Positions 1 through 13,307 of a stretch of DNA of 64,000 nucleotides are shown one piece after another (positions within the stretch are counted from its first letter, which is position 1; the number at the start of each line of letters is the position of its first letter). The DNA is from Spironucleus salmonicida (lineage: Eukaryota), in NCBI RefSeq assembly GCF_000497125.1, contig NC_090599.1, positions 682,001-746,000 of the forward strand, in the 5' to 3' direction. Below the pieces are notes generated by a model. The model was not told where the DNA came from, made no database searches, and saw nothing but the letters and a program-made list of their open reading frames with translations. Both the position numbers and the translations under genes were made by a program.

Positions 1-448
1 GCTCCAGCTGTGCCTGCTGCTGGGCGTGCAGTTCCTGCTCATGCTGTACAGCACGCTCTTCCTCGCGCTCTTCTTCCAGTTCGTCTTCAACTCCTTCGTC
101 GCCGCGATCGCCGTGTTCATGACCACCGTCAGCATCCTCTTCACCTTCGCCGGGCCCTACATCAACCCCAGCTCCGTGCCCTCCTACTGGAGCTGGATGC
201 CCTGGGTCAGCCAGTTCGCCTACATGTTCCGCGCCTACCTGTACCTCATCCTCCACGGCCAGGACGTGGTGTGCGACCCCGGCCAGAGCTGCCCGCTCGA
301 CTCGGGGGCCACCATGTTCGAGCTCTACGGGCAGCAGGGCTGGACGCTGCTCAGCGCCACGCTCACCAACGTCGGCTACACCGCCGGCGTGATCGCGCTC
401 TTCGCCTGCGCGTCCTACCTCATGCTGCGCTACCGCCGCTTCTCCTGA
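1..448 (+). CDS. ABCG transporter, 3' part (copy of 8536..10527), truncated by window edge
   Basis: Identical to the C-terminal TMD of the full copy; ends TGA. Confidence 0.9.
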   Translation, partial: LQLCLLLGVQFLLMLYSTLFLALFFQFVFNSFVAAIAVFMTTVSILFTFAGPYINPSSVPSYWSWMPWVSQFAYMFRAYLYLILHGQDVVCDPGQSCPLDSGATMFELYGQQGWTLLSATLTNVGYTAGVIALFACASYLMLRYRRFS

Positions 449-467
449 CGCTCCCTTCCACCCTACA

Positions 468-935
468 ATGAAGTTCGCGTCGCTGCTGGTGTTCGCCGCG
501 GCCCCGCTCGCCCTCGCGGCCCAGATGACCGTGATCTGCTCCGTGGTGCGGCTCATGCCCGGCTGCCCCGCCCCCGTGGACGCCTGGGTGGCCCTGCTCC
601 GCGCGCACGGCGCCTACAGGCCCACCGTGCTGCTCGGCTACGCGGCCAACCTCGCCGCCGTGGTGCACGCCCTGCTGCTGGCGGTGCTCTGGGGCCTCGA
701 GCGCCTGGCCCGCGCGCACCGCCGCTGCCGCCTCCCGGCCTACCTGCTCACGCTGAGCCTCTGCCTCTCGCTCGTGCAGGCGGAGTTCCGCACCGTGCCC
801 GACCTGCTCGTCGTGGTGCTCAACGAGCGCCTCCTGGCCCTCCTGCGCGCCGCCGCCCGGCAGCTCGGGGGGATCGCGGTGGCCGGCCGGCTCCTCCTCC
901 AGCAGGTGGGAGCGGAGGTGCTGGACGCCGAGTGA
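468..935 (+). CDS. Hypothetical multi-pass membrane protein, 155 aa (IR1 copy A)
   Basis: ATG after C-rich tract, strong GC3 bias, hydrophobic segments, stop in AGTGA. Confidence 0.7.
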   Translation: MKFASLLVFAAAPLALAAQMTVICSVVRLMPGCPAPVDAWVALLRAHGAYRPTVLLGYAANLAAVVHALLLAVLWGLERLARAHRRCRLPAYLLTLSLCLSLVQAEFRTVPDLLVVVLNERLLALLRAAARQLGGIAVAGRLLLQQVGAEVLDAE

Positions 936-1010
936 CCTCCTTTCCTCTCCCGCAACTTGTGGTTCACCGTACCGAATTCGCTTCGGGCACATATCCGCCC
1001 TCCCCGAAGA

Positions 1011-1175
1011 ATGGACGAGCGGAAGGTGATCCAGCCCAGCTACTCCGAGTACCAGCGGATGTTCGACGGCGACAACCCCTCGGTCACCGAGATCTCCGCG
1101 CGCGGCAGCCAGAGCAACCTGCAGGACATCCTGGACGCCAACCTGGACGAGGCCTCGTCGCTCGCCTCCGAATGA
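1011..1175 (+). CDS. Acidic microprotein, 54 aa, 'SYxEYxxM-DNPSV' family (IR1 copy A)
   Basis: CCCTCCCCGAAGA-ATG context, GC3 bias, similar to the 17060..17218 product. Confidence 0.65.
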   Translation: MDERKVIQPSYSEYQRMFDGDNPSVTEISARGSQSNLQDILDANLDEASSLASE

Positions 1176-1263
1176 TTATTTCTCTTGCGGTACTCCACGG
1201 GCTGGGCATGGACCGCGGCACGCACCGGCCCCTGACATCGCGGCCCATCCTCGCCCCTCCAAA

Positions 1264-2100
1264 ATGCGGCGCCCGCACTCCCCGGTCCCGACGCGCTCCC
1301 TCGGCCCCAGCGCCCCGGCCCGGCCCGCCACGCACGCCGCGCGCAGGGTTCCTATAAGTATTAGATCAGAATCTCCCGTTCTGGTGCGTCTGCAGAACAC
1401 AATAGAACACCACAAGCTCGAAATTCACAACCAGCACGGTGTGGCGTTCCGGAACATCCTGACGAAGGAGGACTTCACACAGTTGCAGTTCTACCAGTAG
1501 GAGCTAGTCGATTTCGCACCTCAGAAGACGAGCAGGATTTTGAAGAATTTGAAGGCCAAAATCCAGCCCAGTTTCCACTCGCAACACCTCATTTTTTACA
1601 AGGTAAACCCCATCGCAACTCACTAGCTGGTGAAGCACAAGTCGCTAGAGCTCACCCAGTACTCGTCATATTTTGTGGGAATCTTGAACTCGAATAAGTT
1701 AAACTTTATGAGAAAAATCGTTGCCCGCTTCAGCCAGATGAAACAGTGTGACGTCGTTCCACCTATTTCGGAGGCTATTATCAACCGCATAACGCTGGTT
1801 TTGCCGAAGAATCTCGGGCCACGGCTTCTGGAAAAGGCGCAACGTGCGCTAGCTGACATGCAGAAAGCGTTTACGCTACTGTTTTTTGATGGTGGTGAGT
1901 TCATGAACTACCTATTTTTTCTCAAGTGGCAACTAAAAGCGGCATGCTTCACACTGTACTTGAATGATATTTTTCCCATAATAAGCATTTACCAGCAGGC
2001 GAATTAGAGAATTTTGTACTATTAGACCTTTGTGGTAATCAGAAAGTTTAACAAGGTCGACTCAATTTTCGGGGCCTAGGGTGATATGGTGAATTAGTGA
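1264..2100 (+). CDS. Hypothetical protein, 278 aa; first 32 codons lie in the IR1 arm
   Basis: Track ORFs 1264..1500 and 1630..2007 join in frame with TAG=Gln; ends TAGTGA. Confidence 0.75.
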
Positions 2101-3227
2101 ATTAGGGGTAGCTGAGAAATGAAAATTTTAGTTTCGAGGCACAATAATAAAATAAGAGGTACGATTTATCTATGACTATTTATTAGCTATTAGTGGCGCT
2201 GAGTAGGGGAAATTAGTGTTTACGGCATTTAGTTAGCTAGTCATGTTGTTAAGTAAGTAAATAATTATATATAATAATGTTACATTATAATTATATAAAA
2301 TTAATTATTTACTTCATTTTAAGCTATTGTTTTCGTGGACATTTAGATTTCATTCTGGTAATTAAACTATATTTATAAATTTCTGAACCCTTTTTAAGAA
2401 TAGTTATAATACGAATCAAATAAGTGAAGTCTTAGCATTTATCATTATGTTACCAATAATATTATTGCTGGTTTCACTTTATAAAGAGGAGAAATTATAT
2501 AAAAACTAACTGCTTTAGCTTAATATGTATTGAATATAGTGATATTAAGTATAAATCATATCAATACTTCATAGCAATGGACTTGAATATTCTCCAGAGC
2601 TGAAGTGAGCTTATCAAGTTTTTAATTCAAAATTTGAAGCTTTGATGTCTCTATTAGAATCAGTATTTCTAGCTTATCTAAAAGTCTATCTATATTAGGT
2701 GGGAAGCTAATACTCTTTTGAATTTAACTAGGAGATTTTATAAATTTAGGAACTAAGCAAGCACTATATATGTCTAGTGGAGTATGTATGAATTGTTATT
2801 TCATTTTAGTAGGGATGTTTTGCTTTTATTATCGATGTGAAATCGGATATGAATTGTTTTCCATTTTCGTAAGTTATTAATTATAGATTCTTGATTATGA
2901 TTTTACGAGTCAATGTGTTTCCAATTTAAAAATATGTATTGCTTAAAATCAATAACAAAACAGATTGTATAAAATCTATTATTCTAAATTAGCTATGATT
3001 TTGTATATTTTACGAAAAACGAATACAATTACTTTTAATACATAGAATACATACTTAGTTAATATTAATAATAGAAACTTACTCAAATAACCCGGTATAA
3101 TTTGTTTTGCCAACGACGTAATAATGTTATATTATTAAAAAATTGATAAAATTTCGTGAAAAGATTATGGATTTATATTTGTTTCTACATTTATGAGTAT
3201 AAAATTTTCATAATTTTTAATAGCAAT

Positions 3228-5459
3228 TCACTAAAGAAGATTTGCCAATCCTTTTGGTGCAAATACAGGTAAGCCTTTCTCTCGATCAAATATCATAAAT
3301 GAATCTTCATAAAGATAGCACATATATATTGAATCAATTGTTAGCTGAACTATCCCTACTGTATAGTATGAAATAATGAACATTAATACAGATACAAGCA
3401 ATGACCCAGAAATATACAAATCCTAAAAGGGTGATGTATACCTAATAATAGCCCACGTACAAACGCCAGATCCTACAGCTATTAATAATTTTGCAAATGT
3501 TAGAAATATCCAGGATAAGAATTTAACACTCATGCTAGTAAAGAAAGACCCCATAGTTAGTTTCATTGAACCGCCTAGTGATTTAAAATAACCTACTCCA
3601 GTAATAGCGGAATAAATAACAACGTTTCTATTAATCCATTCTACTACTTTTTACAAGCATTTCAGGCAGCAACGAGCTACCTGGAATGCAGCTTTAATAA
3701 TTTTAGAATTAGCAATTTTGTTACTTAGTTCTAGTCGTCTTAAAACATATTCTAAGATCATTCTAATAAAAACAACTAAGCTAGTTATGAAACTGGCAAC
3801 AAGCAAGGTTCCCATATTTTTGATAACGCAAAGAATACTTTACTTGAAAACTCCTTTTGTACGTCTTTTATCAGAAAAGTACCAATAAGCTACGTGGAAG
3901 GAGATCATATACTATAGGCAGGAGTGAATGAAAAAGCTGCCCCAAATTACCATAAAAACGTATAATGCAAATAATGCGGTAGTACAGCCATTTTAAACTG
4001 TAGTTTGTACTCCATCTATTTCCGTGATGATCGTAAAATTAAACATATGACCTCTGGCATCATAATTACCACTCAGATAGTACATTAAAGCTATTCCACC
4101 AGTCCACACTAAATGACCTACAAAAATGACAACAAAAAATATCGGAATGAAAAATATATTGGGGACCTTTCTCATGCAGTCGACAGATGAAGCAATAACA
4201 GCGATTCCAACGCGGATTCCTTTGAAACAGAGAATAGCAAATAATAAGACCAACCCACCAACTATCGCAATAACGATACCGAGTGCCAGAAACAAATTCG
4301 CCTTATTCATGAGATCGGAGTCCACAAACCCGAAAAAGTCTATCGTGTTTTGGGCCGAAATTTTGAGCTGCAGCGAAAGTGAGATGAAGTAGTAGGCCCC
4401 AAACGCCGCCGCAAGCACAACAGCGATGATGGTGCCGTAAACAACGAATTTAACGATGAACCTGAGACAAACTAGATAAACCGCCGTTATCGCAATGCCG
4501 CACAGCAGCCCGTAAATGATCTGCAAATATGTCATTTTCACCTCAAAAGCGAAGCTTTGCATAACGCTGGCAACGAAACTGACGATTTTTGACAGCAGCG
4601 GCCCCACGACTGCGACGTTTTGGGCCTGCAAATTAACGCGCAAAACGCACTGCTGGACGCCGAGTTGCGCCAGGGGCCCCAGGAGCTCGTAATCGGTCCG
4701 CGCGCCCGAACCAGCGAATTTCTGGACGGGGACGCAGAAACCGCTCAGGAAGGTGTATTTTGGGTTCCCGGCCAGGAACGCCTGAAATTCGTCCGCGGGG
4801 TACTCAGATTTCACGCTTGCGGCGGAAATGCCGTCTATTTTTCCAGCAAAATCTACGAAATCAGCGCTGCAGAGCACCTCCGTCGTGGGCTGAAGCTGGC
4901 AGTCGAAATCTGAGCGCATGCAGACAGTGCCCCCGAGCCCCGCAAAACCGACGGCACGGGAGCTGAAATCGGTGCGCAGCGGTCTGATTTTGCGGAAAAA
5001 TGTGCGGGTGCGCGTAGGGTCCAGCCTGCCAGCGTCCGAGAGATCGCACGAAATGCCGCTTGCAGGGTGCAGTTTCTGGATCAGTTGGCAGAAATCTGGC
5101 ACCTGGGAGGGCGATAACATACGCGAATAGTCCGTTGCGAGGAAATCTGGCTGGTTTGGTAGGCCACAAACTCTCCTATTTTGGTCTGCCGGTCGGATTA
5201 TGAGCAGTATCTGGTCCGCATGCGTCCAGAGTTTGTAGAATACTGCAGAGCCCAGCATCGCTGCGAGCGCGAGCATAAAGATTATGGAGCAGAGGACGTC
5301 GCGAAATTTGCGCTGTTTGGGGCTCATAATGGGGGAGGCTGAAACAGCGTTTTGGGAGATAGCAGGTGATTCTGGCCCGCTGGGAACGTATTATGCCACG
5401 TTTGCCTTTACAGGTGTGAAAATTTGGCCCTGCGTTTAAAAATTGTCTATCTGTGTCAT
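3228..5459 (-). CDS. Choline transporter-like (CTL/SLC44) protein, ~743 aa
   Basis: RKFRDVLCSIIF, RPADQNRRVCG, many TM helices, WINRNVVIYSAITGVGYFKS. Track ORFs 3993..5327 and 3231..3419 fuse under table 6. Confidence 0.88.
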
Positions 5460-5694
5460 TTTAAAAAAGTGAACACTAATACATTGCTTTTATATTTTAA
5501 TGTTCGTGTATTATTATTGACAGAATAATCTGAGTACTATAGAAACTAAATAATTTATATTTAATATATAATAACCATTTATTAACAAAAAAATCTCAAT
5601 TTAACTATTCTAGTTTCTACGATATTTAGTATATAATACCTTCCAACGGAATTTTCAATCCCACGCGCAGTCCGCCCACAATTAAACCCAAATC

Positions 5695-7062
5695 TCACAT
5701 CCTGATCACCTGGTTTATGTCCTTTCCCTTCTCGTCGCTCCCCTTCCTTTTTTCCCAAAAAACACCATTTCCGCCCTCCCTAATTTCTCTAATTCCTCTA
5801 ATTTCTCCAATTTCCCCGCAAATGCAGAAAATCACGTCCCCGACGATCCCGAAACCGAGCAAATTGCTCCCAGGGAAGTTCGCGAAGCAGCTCGAAATCT
5901 GCTGCACGAGCATGATCTTCTGCTGGTTGAAAACGAGCTTCAGCACGAAGCCCGAGGACGCGCCCAGCAGGATGCTGCTAGCGTCGTTCTGCGCGATTTT
6001 CTGGATGCCGTAAATCGGTCGCTGAGCAGACGAAATCGCCGTTTCCGGCGCTAGCAGCTGCCCCAGGCGGCAGAAATACGCCGCCTGCAACGTCGTGCGG
6101 CTGAGCGTCACGCCGAAGCCCTGGAACGACGCCAGCACGAACGCGTCCGGCAGCTCCAGCAGCTGGTCGTACGTGTTGTCGTCGAGGTCGATTTCGGTGC
6201 TCGTCGCCAGGTCGACGAAGCGCGAGGGCTGCCCCGGGGCCTGCAGAACGATTGCGCCTGCCGAAACTGCCGAAATTCGGCCCTCGAACATGAGCCGTCG
6301 CTGGACGATTATGCTATCGATTACGCGCCGGTCGGTCTTGCAGATGAAGCCGATTTTGAGCTCCAGGAGGTCATTCTCGCCGAAGAATTGGCGGTTTTCA
6401 GCGTCGAAAAAGACGTCTTTGGAGACCAAATTGAGCAAAATTTCGCTGTCAGAAGCAGAAATTACGCAAATCAACCGCGGAATGACCTGAAAATCGAGCT
6501 TTATTAGGTCCAGCAGGTTCTGCGCGTGGAAACCGCTCGCAGTGAACTCTATCAGGAGAAGCGATACCGTTGTAGCGATAATGAGCGTATTGAGGGCAAA
6601 TTGTAGGTCGAAAACGTGCACGGGGCCCTTGTCGGAAGTGAGCTGGAACTGGTGCAGGAGCGTCGCCTGCGGCTTGGAAAAGCGCTGCTCCGCTGGCTGA
6701 TTAAATGCGCTTTGAGCGGTTTCTGGTTTTTTGAAAATGTAGCACTGGTTGTCCAGCGTCGCCGTCGCGAAATACGACTGGTTCGTGGCACACAGATACG
6801 GAACTGATGAGAATAATCGCTGATTTGTTGGAAAATTCGGTTTATTTGTTGGCTTCTGCTGTGTTTAGTCAGTAGGATATATTGGATGCACTTAGTATGG
6901 CGGGTTAGACTGATTTTGGGGTTATTCAACATAATTTCGTCTCTGTGGTTATTGGGTATATTATTATGGGTTTTAATATATTACTTCAGGCTATTAAGGA
7001 GCTTGGTGTGATCGTTGATCAGGTTAGTAGTTCTTAATTGGGTTTTTACCTAAGTATACCAT
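5695..7062 (-). CDS. Hypothetical protein, 455 aa; Q/P/N-rich N-terminus, possibly beta-propeller-like C-terminus
   Basis: Frame open from ATG 7062 to TGA 5695 with TAR=Gln. Confidence 0.75.
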
Positions 7063-7624
7063 TTTCGAGGTAAATTAAAACTATATAATAGTATAATAAT
7101 ATTGATTTACTTTTAATTAAGATTATTTAACAACGATATTAAATTCTTTAGTACTATATATTAAGTAAGCTACTTTATCTATAGATGCACTAAATATTTA
7201 ATTAAGGTGGTAATAAATAAACGAGATTCTAAATCATCCAAATATTAAAATAATGCTCAAAATAAAGCAGCATATTTATAATTAGATTAAATTTTATACT
7301 AGTCAGTCTATGTTTGAATCTACTAATGTAATAATATTTTAACGCTCAGAAAACTTTACTTACTCCCCCTGGCACGAAAAAGATAAATCTTATTTCACAA
7401 TACCTTTAGAGTACATTCTCCATTTATAATGAAACAATCTTAATGATGGTATTGACTTCTTAAACTCTTTATACTGTTGAACTGGTTAAGTAACTTATAA
7501 TTTTGCAATATTCATTTTCCATAGTGTATTTTATTATATAAATTTGTATTATAATAAAAGAAAAAACAAAATCAAAGAATGCTTATGATTAGAAATTTGT
7601 AAACGATGAGTTGACTGTCTGAAC

Positions 7625-7720
7625 ACTTATAGGAACCCTGCGCGCGGCGTGCGTGGCGGGCCGGGCCGGGGCGCTGGGGCCGAGGGAGCGCGTCGGGACC
7701 GGGGAGTGCGGGCGCCGCAT
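7625..7720 (-). pseudogene. Orphan 5' fragment (32 codons) of gene 1264..2100
   Basis: Identical start, then unrelated AT-rich sequence past the arm border. Confidence 0.6.
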
Positions 7721-7808
7721 TTTGGAGGGGCGAGGATGGGCCGCGATGTCAGGGGCCGGTGCGTGCCGCGGTCCATGCCCAGCCCGTGGAGTACCGCAAG
7801 AGAAATAA

Positions 7809-7973
7809 TCATTCGGAGGCGAGCGACGAGGCCTCGTCCAGGTTGGCGTCCAGGATGTCCTGCAGGTTGCTCTGGCTGCCGCGCGCGGAGATCTCGGTGA
7901 CCGAGGGGTTGTCGCCGTCGAACATCCGCTGGTACTCGGAGTAGCTGGGCTGGATCACCTTCCGCTCGTCCAT
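7809..7973 (-). CDS. Acidic microprotein, 54 aa (IR1 copy B)
   Basis: Mirror of 1011..1175. Confidence 0.65.
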   Translation of the reverse strand: MDERKVIQPSYSEYQRMFDGDNPSVTEISARGSQSNLQDILDANLDEASSLASE

Positions 7974-8048
7974 TCTTCGGGGAGGGCGGATATGTGCCCG
8001 AAGCGAATTCGGTACGGTGAACCACAAGTTGCGGGAGAGGAAAGGAGG

Positions 8049-8516
8049 TCACTCGGCGTCCAGCACCTCCGCTCCCACCTGCTGGAGGAGGAGCCGGCCG
8101 GCCACCGCGATCCCCCCGAGCTGCCGGGCGGCGGCGCGCAGGAGGGCCAGGAGGCGCTCGTTGAGCACCACGACGCGCAGGTCGGGCACGGTGCGGAACT
8201 CCGCCTGCACGAGCGAGAGGCAGAGGCTCAGCGTGAGCAGGTAGGCCGGGAGGCGGCAGCGGCGGTGCGCGCGGGCCAGGCGCTCGAGGCCCCAGAGCAC
8301 CGCCAGCAGCAGGGCGTGCACCACGGCGGCGAGGTTGGCCGCGTAGCCGAGCAGCACGGTGGGCCTGTAGGCGCCGTGCGCGCGGAGCAGGGCCACCCAG
8401 GCGTCCACGGGGGCGGGGCAGCCGGGCATGAGCCGCACCACGGAGCAGATCACGGTCATCTGGGCCGCGAGGGCGAGCGGGGCCGCGGCGAACACCAGCA
8501 GCGACGCGAACTTCAT
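8049..8516 (-). CDS. Hypothetical membrane protein, 155 aa (IR1 copy B; one L->R change)
   Basis: Mirror of 468..935. Confidence 0.7.
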   Translation of the reverse strand: MKFASLLVFAAAPLALAAQMTVICSVVRLMPGCPAPVDAWVALLRAHGAYRPTVLLGYAANLAAVVHALLLAVLWGLERLARAHRRCRLPAYLLTLSLCLSLVQAEFRTVPDLRVVVLNERLLALLRAAARQLGGIAVAGRLLLQQVGAEVLDAE

Positions 8517-8535
8517 TGTAGGGTGGAAGGGAGCG

Positions 8536-10527
8536 TCAGGAGAAGCGGCGGTAGCGCAGCATGAGGTAGGACGCGCAGGCGAAGAGCGCGATCACGCCGG
8601 CGGTGTAGCCGACGTTGGTGAGCGTGGCGCTGAGCAGCGTCCAGCCCTGCTGCCCGTAGAGCTCGAACATGGTGGCCCCCGAGTCGAGCGGGCAGCTCTG
8701 GCCGGGGTCGCACACCACGTCCTGGCCGTGGAGGATGAGGTACAGGTAGGCGCGGAACATGTAGGCGAACTGGCTGACCCAGGGCATCCAGCTCCAGTAG
8801 GAGGGCACGGAGCTGGGGTTGATGTAGGGCCCGGCGAAGGTGAAGAGGATGCTGACGGTGGTCATGAACACGGCGATCGCGGCGACGAAGGAGTTGAAGA
8901 CGAACTGGAAGAAGAGCGCGAGGAAGAGCGTGCTGTACAGCATGAGCAGGAACTGCACGCCCAGCAGCAGGCACAGCTGGAGCGAGCTGTTCATGTTCAC
9001 CATGAAGTACGCGATCACGATCGTGTAGAACACCATGAACACGTACACCGGCAGGTCCACCAGCAGCTCCGCCAGGAAGAACCCCGCCGTGCCGTACAGC
9101 CCCTGCGCGTGCTCCGCCAGGTACACCTGCCGCTTCTGGAACCAGCGCTGCGCAGCGTCCGCCGAGGGCGGGAACACCAGCGTGATCTGGATGAAGAACA
9201 CCGCCCCGATGCGGTTCCCCACCGCCGTGTAGGTGTAGCCCAGCCGCCACCACAGCGAGCCCGCGAAGAGCGCCACCACCGTGTACTGCAGCAGGAAGCG
9301 GAAGAACAGCACCGGGTTGCGCACCTGCTGCCGCACCGCCCGCGAGAGCAGCACGCCGAACTGCGCCTGGTAGCTCTGCACGTACTTCGCCTCGTAGTGC
9401 AGCACCTCGTACGCCGAGATCAGCGCGTGCGGCAGCAGCCCGAACTTGCGGTCCGCCCGGTACGCGCCGTACTGCTGGCCCGCCGACAGCGTGTAGCCCA
9501 GCACCGCGCGCCCGTCCACGCCGTCCGGGTCCACCGTCTCGGCGGTCTCCAGCACAGCCAGCCGGACTGGCACTGGCGCGGCCTGCCGGAACTCCGCCGC
9601 GAGCCGCTCCACCACGGCCTCCTGAGAGGGGTCCGCGAGCAGCTCGATGAGGAAGTCGGCGGGGTTCACGTTCTCGGGCAGGCTCACGCCGGCACTGCGC
9701 GCGCGCTCCAGGAAGCCCGCGGCGGGGATGCTGAAGAGCAGCTGGCCGCGGCGCATGACCAGCACGCGGTCGAAGAGCCCCCACATCTGGCTGGTGGGCT
9801 GGTGGATCGTGGTCAGCACCGTGAGCCCGTGGCGCTGCGAGTCGGGGCTCGTGAACTGGTCGTAGGGGCGCCCGCTGAGCCCCTTCAGCGTCGCGATGAG
9901 CTGGTTCGCGGTGTGCACGTCCAGCCCGCTCGTGCACTCGTCCAGCACCAGCACCTCCGCCCCGGACACGATCTGGCGCGCGATGCTGGTCCGCCGCCGC
10001 TCGCCCCCCGAGATCCCGCTCTTGTTCGCCCCCGCCGAGAAGCCCTGGCCCGCCGGCGCCCCGATGAGGGAGTCGCGGACGTGGGCCAGGCCGAGCGAGG
10101 CCAGCGTGCGGTCGGTGAGCTCCTCGTGGTGGCGGCCGGGCAGCTTCAGGTCCGCCACGAACTTCACCGCCTCGAAGACGGTCTCCTCCGCGCCCAGGAT
10201 GTCCTCCTGCTGCACGTAGCCCAGGCGGCGCTTGATCCAGGGCCCCACGCGCTTGCCGTTGAAGCGCACCTCGCCCGAGAAGGTCTTCGTGTAGAGCCGG
10301 TTGCACACGATGTTGATCAGCGAGGTCTTCCCGCAGCCCGAGGACCCGATGATAGCCACGAACTCCCCCGGCTGCACGTCCAGCGAGATGTCCCGCAGGA
10401 TCGGCTTGAAGGGCTCCTCCGCCTGGCAGAACTCCTGGCGCCGGTAGCGGTACCGGGAGGCGGCGTGCAGCTTCTAGCGCAGGCCCTCAGGCACCGAGTA
10501 GGACAGGTGGTCCACGCTGATAGACAT
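8536..10527 (-). CDS. ABCG (White-type) half transporter, 663 aa
   Basis: Walker A GSSGCGKTS, signature ISGGERRR, Walker B VLVLDE, TIHQP, NPADF, C-terminal TMD. ATG at 10527 reached through one TAG=Gln. Confidence 0.95.
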
Positions 10528-11670
10528 TTTGTGGAGTCGCAGCGGCCACGTTCGCAGGGGAGCCGAGCACGGCGCGGGCTGGAGGGCAGAGAGGCCTTGG
10601 AATGGGGTCTGCTGGGATGGGTAAAGGGAGTATGTGTGGGCAGGGTATGCCGGGGCGCGGGGCTCGCTCCATTTAGGAGGTCGGCTTCGAATGGATTATG
10701 ATATCTTTTCGTGATAAAAACAGCTAATTTATAATATTCAAAAATCTAATTAATATAATTAGAGTAAGTAGGATACATAAATTTACGTATAGTTCATTCT
10801 TGATTAAGAAGCTACTAATTAAAATCTTATTCTAATAAAACAAAACGCAATGAATTTATACCATATTACAATTATATGATAAAGTATAAAATTATTTTAA
10901 AGAGTATTATAACATAAAATAGATAACTATCACCATAAAAGAATAAACTGATAAATAATAATTATTTGTATAAAATTTGATAAAATATAATACCATGATT
11001 AATTTAATACTTAATGATGATATGTCATATATTTCGTCAATATAATGATTCAAATGTACTATATGATAAATAAATATTACAAATCATTCAAATAGTAAGC
11101 TCTTACTAACGCTTTTCTTAATTAGTCCAGCTTTTCTATTTTTTCTATCATCTTTATAAGAATTAATAATTTCATATAGTTCTTATATTTTTTCTTATTA
11201 TACTTCAAACACCTATGATTTTACTAATGACTGATCTAATTAGCCTATTTTAATGTTATCTAGTGATTATGACTGTTTAATATTCTTGGTCATTCTCTAA
11301 ATTAATGTAAATGAATCAGTGTTGTATTTATGTATATGTATAATATTTAGTGTTTTTAATTCTTAATTTCTTTTTTACATTTTTGTAAAGTGATTAATGT
11401 ATACTATTTGTTATATATAAGAATCGCGAATATAAATCGATACCATTAAAAAATATAACATTAAGACTGAAATTGAACTATGATGTTTGTAAATATTATT
11501 TAATTACATTACAAATACTATGAACTTATAAAAATAAAAGTAGAATATAATAAATCATCACTAATTTCAAATTTTAACAATGAAGTACGGGAATCTTATC
11601 ATTACTATCAATAAGGACATAAAATATATATTAGATAGAAACAAATTTACTTTGATCTAGGGATCAGGTG

Positions 11671-11754
11671 CTGAGCATCGAGAGCCTGCAGCAGCGGAAC
11701 CAGGAGCGCTGGGAGATGCTGCGGCAGCTGGACGAGCGGTTCGGGCTGGAGTGA
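11671..11754 (+). pseudogene. Orphan 3' fragment (LSIESLQQRNQERWEMLRQLDERFGLE*) of gene 22390..23445
   Basis: Arm begins mid-CDS; upstream sequence is unrelated and AT-rich. Confidence 0.7.
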
Positions 11755-11962
11755 TTGCGTGGTGCGTTTGCCGTAGGGCAGTATGTCATAGAAGGGTGGC
11801 TGGTGGAACAGAACAAGTCACTCAGGCCGCGTCCTACAGGGCCTGCGCGGCGGGATAGCGTGGCACCGCGGGGGTCAGATCCTGCAGGATGATCACGGGG
11901 CGGTACTGGGGCTTGCGGGCGCGGCGGCAGCAGGCGAGCATTCGGTGCGAGGGTCTACGCGG

Positions 11963-12196
11963 TCACTCCGCCAGGTCCTCCTCCTGGTACGAGGCGCGCG
12001 AGGGGCACCCCACGAGGCTGCCGGGCCGTGCGAAGCTGATCGCGCTCTCCTGGGCGCCGGTGCAGGCCGTGAAGACCTGCGTGGGGACCAGGTTCTCGAT
12101 GAGCGACATCAGGTCGTCGTCGATGGCGAGGTCTGGCGGGCTCGGGATGCTCTAGATGCTCTTCTGGTGCAGCGCGTGCAGCCGGCGCTTGCGCAT
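11963..12196 (-). CDS. Microprotein, 77 aa, 'MRxRRLHAL' family paralog 2 (IR2 copy A)
   Basis: Mirror of 21948..22181. Confidence 0.75.
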
Positions 12197-12327
12197 TTTC
12201 GGAGGGCAGTTGTATTTAAATAGGAGGAATTAAAAGCCTTTTGCGTATTTGTGTTTTAGCACAATATCCGAGCGTGGAGCAGAATGGGCGCGGCGGTATG
12301 ATGGGCAGGAGAGCGCTGCCGAGCCGC

Positions 12328-12552
12328 TCAGAGGGTCAGGTCCTCGTCGATGCAGGAGGTCTGGCTGACGCAGCCCATCATACACGGCTACTGCTCCAGG
12401 CTGATCATGCTGTCCTTATTGTGGGAGCTGGACGAGAATATGTGCTCGGGTTGCATATCGATGACCGTCGCAAAGAAGTCCTCCAGAGGGGCTGGCGGCA
12501 GGATCTGGGTAATCTTCTTCTGCTGGAGGGCGTGCAGGCGGCGCTGTCGCAT
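12328..12552 (-). CDS. Microprotein, 74 aa, 'MRxRRLHAL' family paralog 1 (IR2 copy A)
   Basis: Mirror of 21592..21816. Confidence 0.75.
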
Positions 12553-13031
12553 TTTGGGGAGGGACGCGCAAATGCGTCTGGGATATAGTATTGAGTAGTT
12601 TTGGTCCGCCCTGCGTATACAAATAAATTATTTACGAATACATGTTTCGATGCATAAAGCTTGGCGTGCACTGGGATGGGAAACTGTAGCTACCAGTTTG
12701 CATCGGCCCAAACCGAACCCCATGCTGCAGTGGTCACGATGCAGCATACACACCGGGCGTTGCGCGCCCACGCCAGGCAGCGTTCGCTGGAAATGGAGAT
12801 TTAAGCACACGCCTCTTTGGGCAAATATTTGTAATCAGCATCTGTACAAAAACGTAAACAATAATTTTCTACAGATACGAGGATAACCGGATATATAGGA
12901 TAGTACCTTCTTCGGGAGTGAACATCTACAGTGCGCAGTTATCAGTTTCACCCTAATAGTAACGGCGGTCCCGCGCTGGTTTTGCAATTATCCTATCCTA
13001 TACTCTATTCTAACGTCCCTACGCTCGTAAA

Positions 13032-13205
13032 ATGAAGCGGTGCTGTGCCAACTGGGCCAGCAGCGATGTTGACGAGTTCTTCTACTGCCACCAGATGCAG
13101 GGTGCTACCGACAAGAGTGCATCCGGAGAATCTGGCTAACTCCAGCACAGACACCGGAGCGAGGGACGCGTGCTAGGACTAGCGGTGACCGAAGAAGGCG
13201 CCTGA
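13032..13205 (+). CDS. Possible 57-aa microprotein (MKRCCANW...); mirror at 20939..21112
   Basis: AAAATG start, open with TAA=Gln; no recognisable motif. Confidence 0.35.
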
Positions 13206-13307
13206 GCAGCTCTGGCGATAGCTGCAGCTTCGACGCGCCGCTGACCAGCCGACTCTCGTATACAAGTATACAAGGTATTTCTATACATAATACTACCGAG
13301 GCGAAGA

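Larger units (their letters stand above)
1..1359. repeat. Inverted repeat IR1, left arm (runs off window start)
   Basis: Reverse complement of 7625..8983 (paired coordinates sum to 8984). ORFs are mirrored. One mismatch seen (808/8176). Confidence 0.97.
7625..8983. repeat. IR1 right arm (GC-rich block continues to ~10690; its partner would lie beyond the window)
   Basis: Reverse complement of 1..1359. Confidence 0.97.

Noticed and set aside
7625-10690. GC-rich blocks as bacterial contamination or recent HGT islands
   Set aside because: They hold eukaryotic genes (RPL18a, ABCG), use TAG=Gln and AGTGA stops, and host ORFs run across the borders.
8428-10701. 757-aa plus-strand and 597-aa alternative-frame ORFs over the ABCG gene
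   Set aside because: Shadow ORFs of extreme GC3 bias; only the 8536..10527 frame has ABC motifs.
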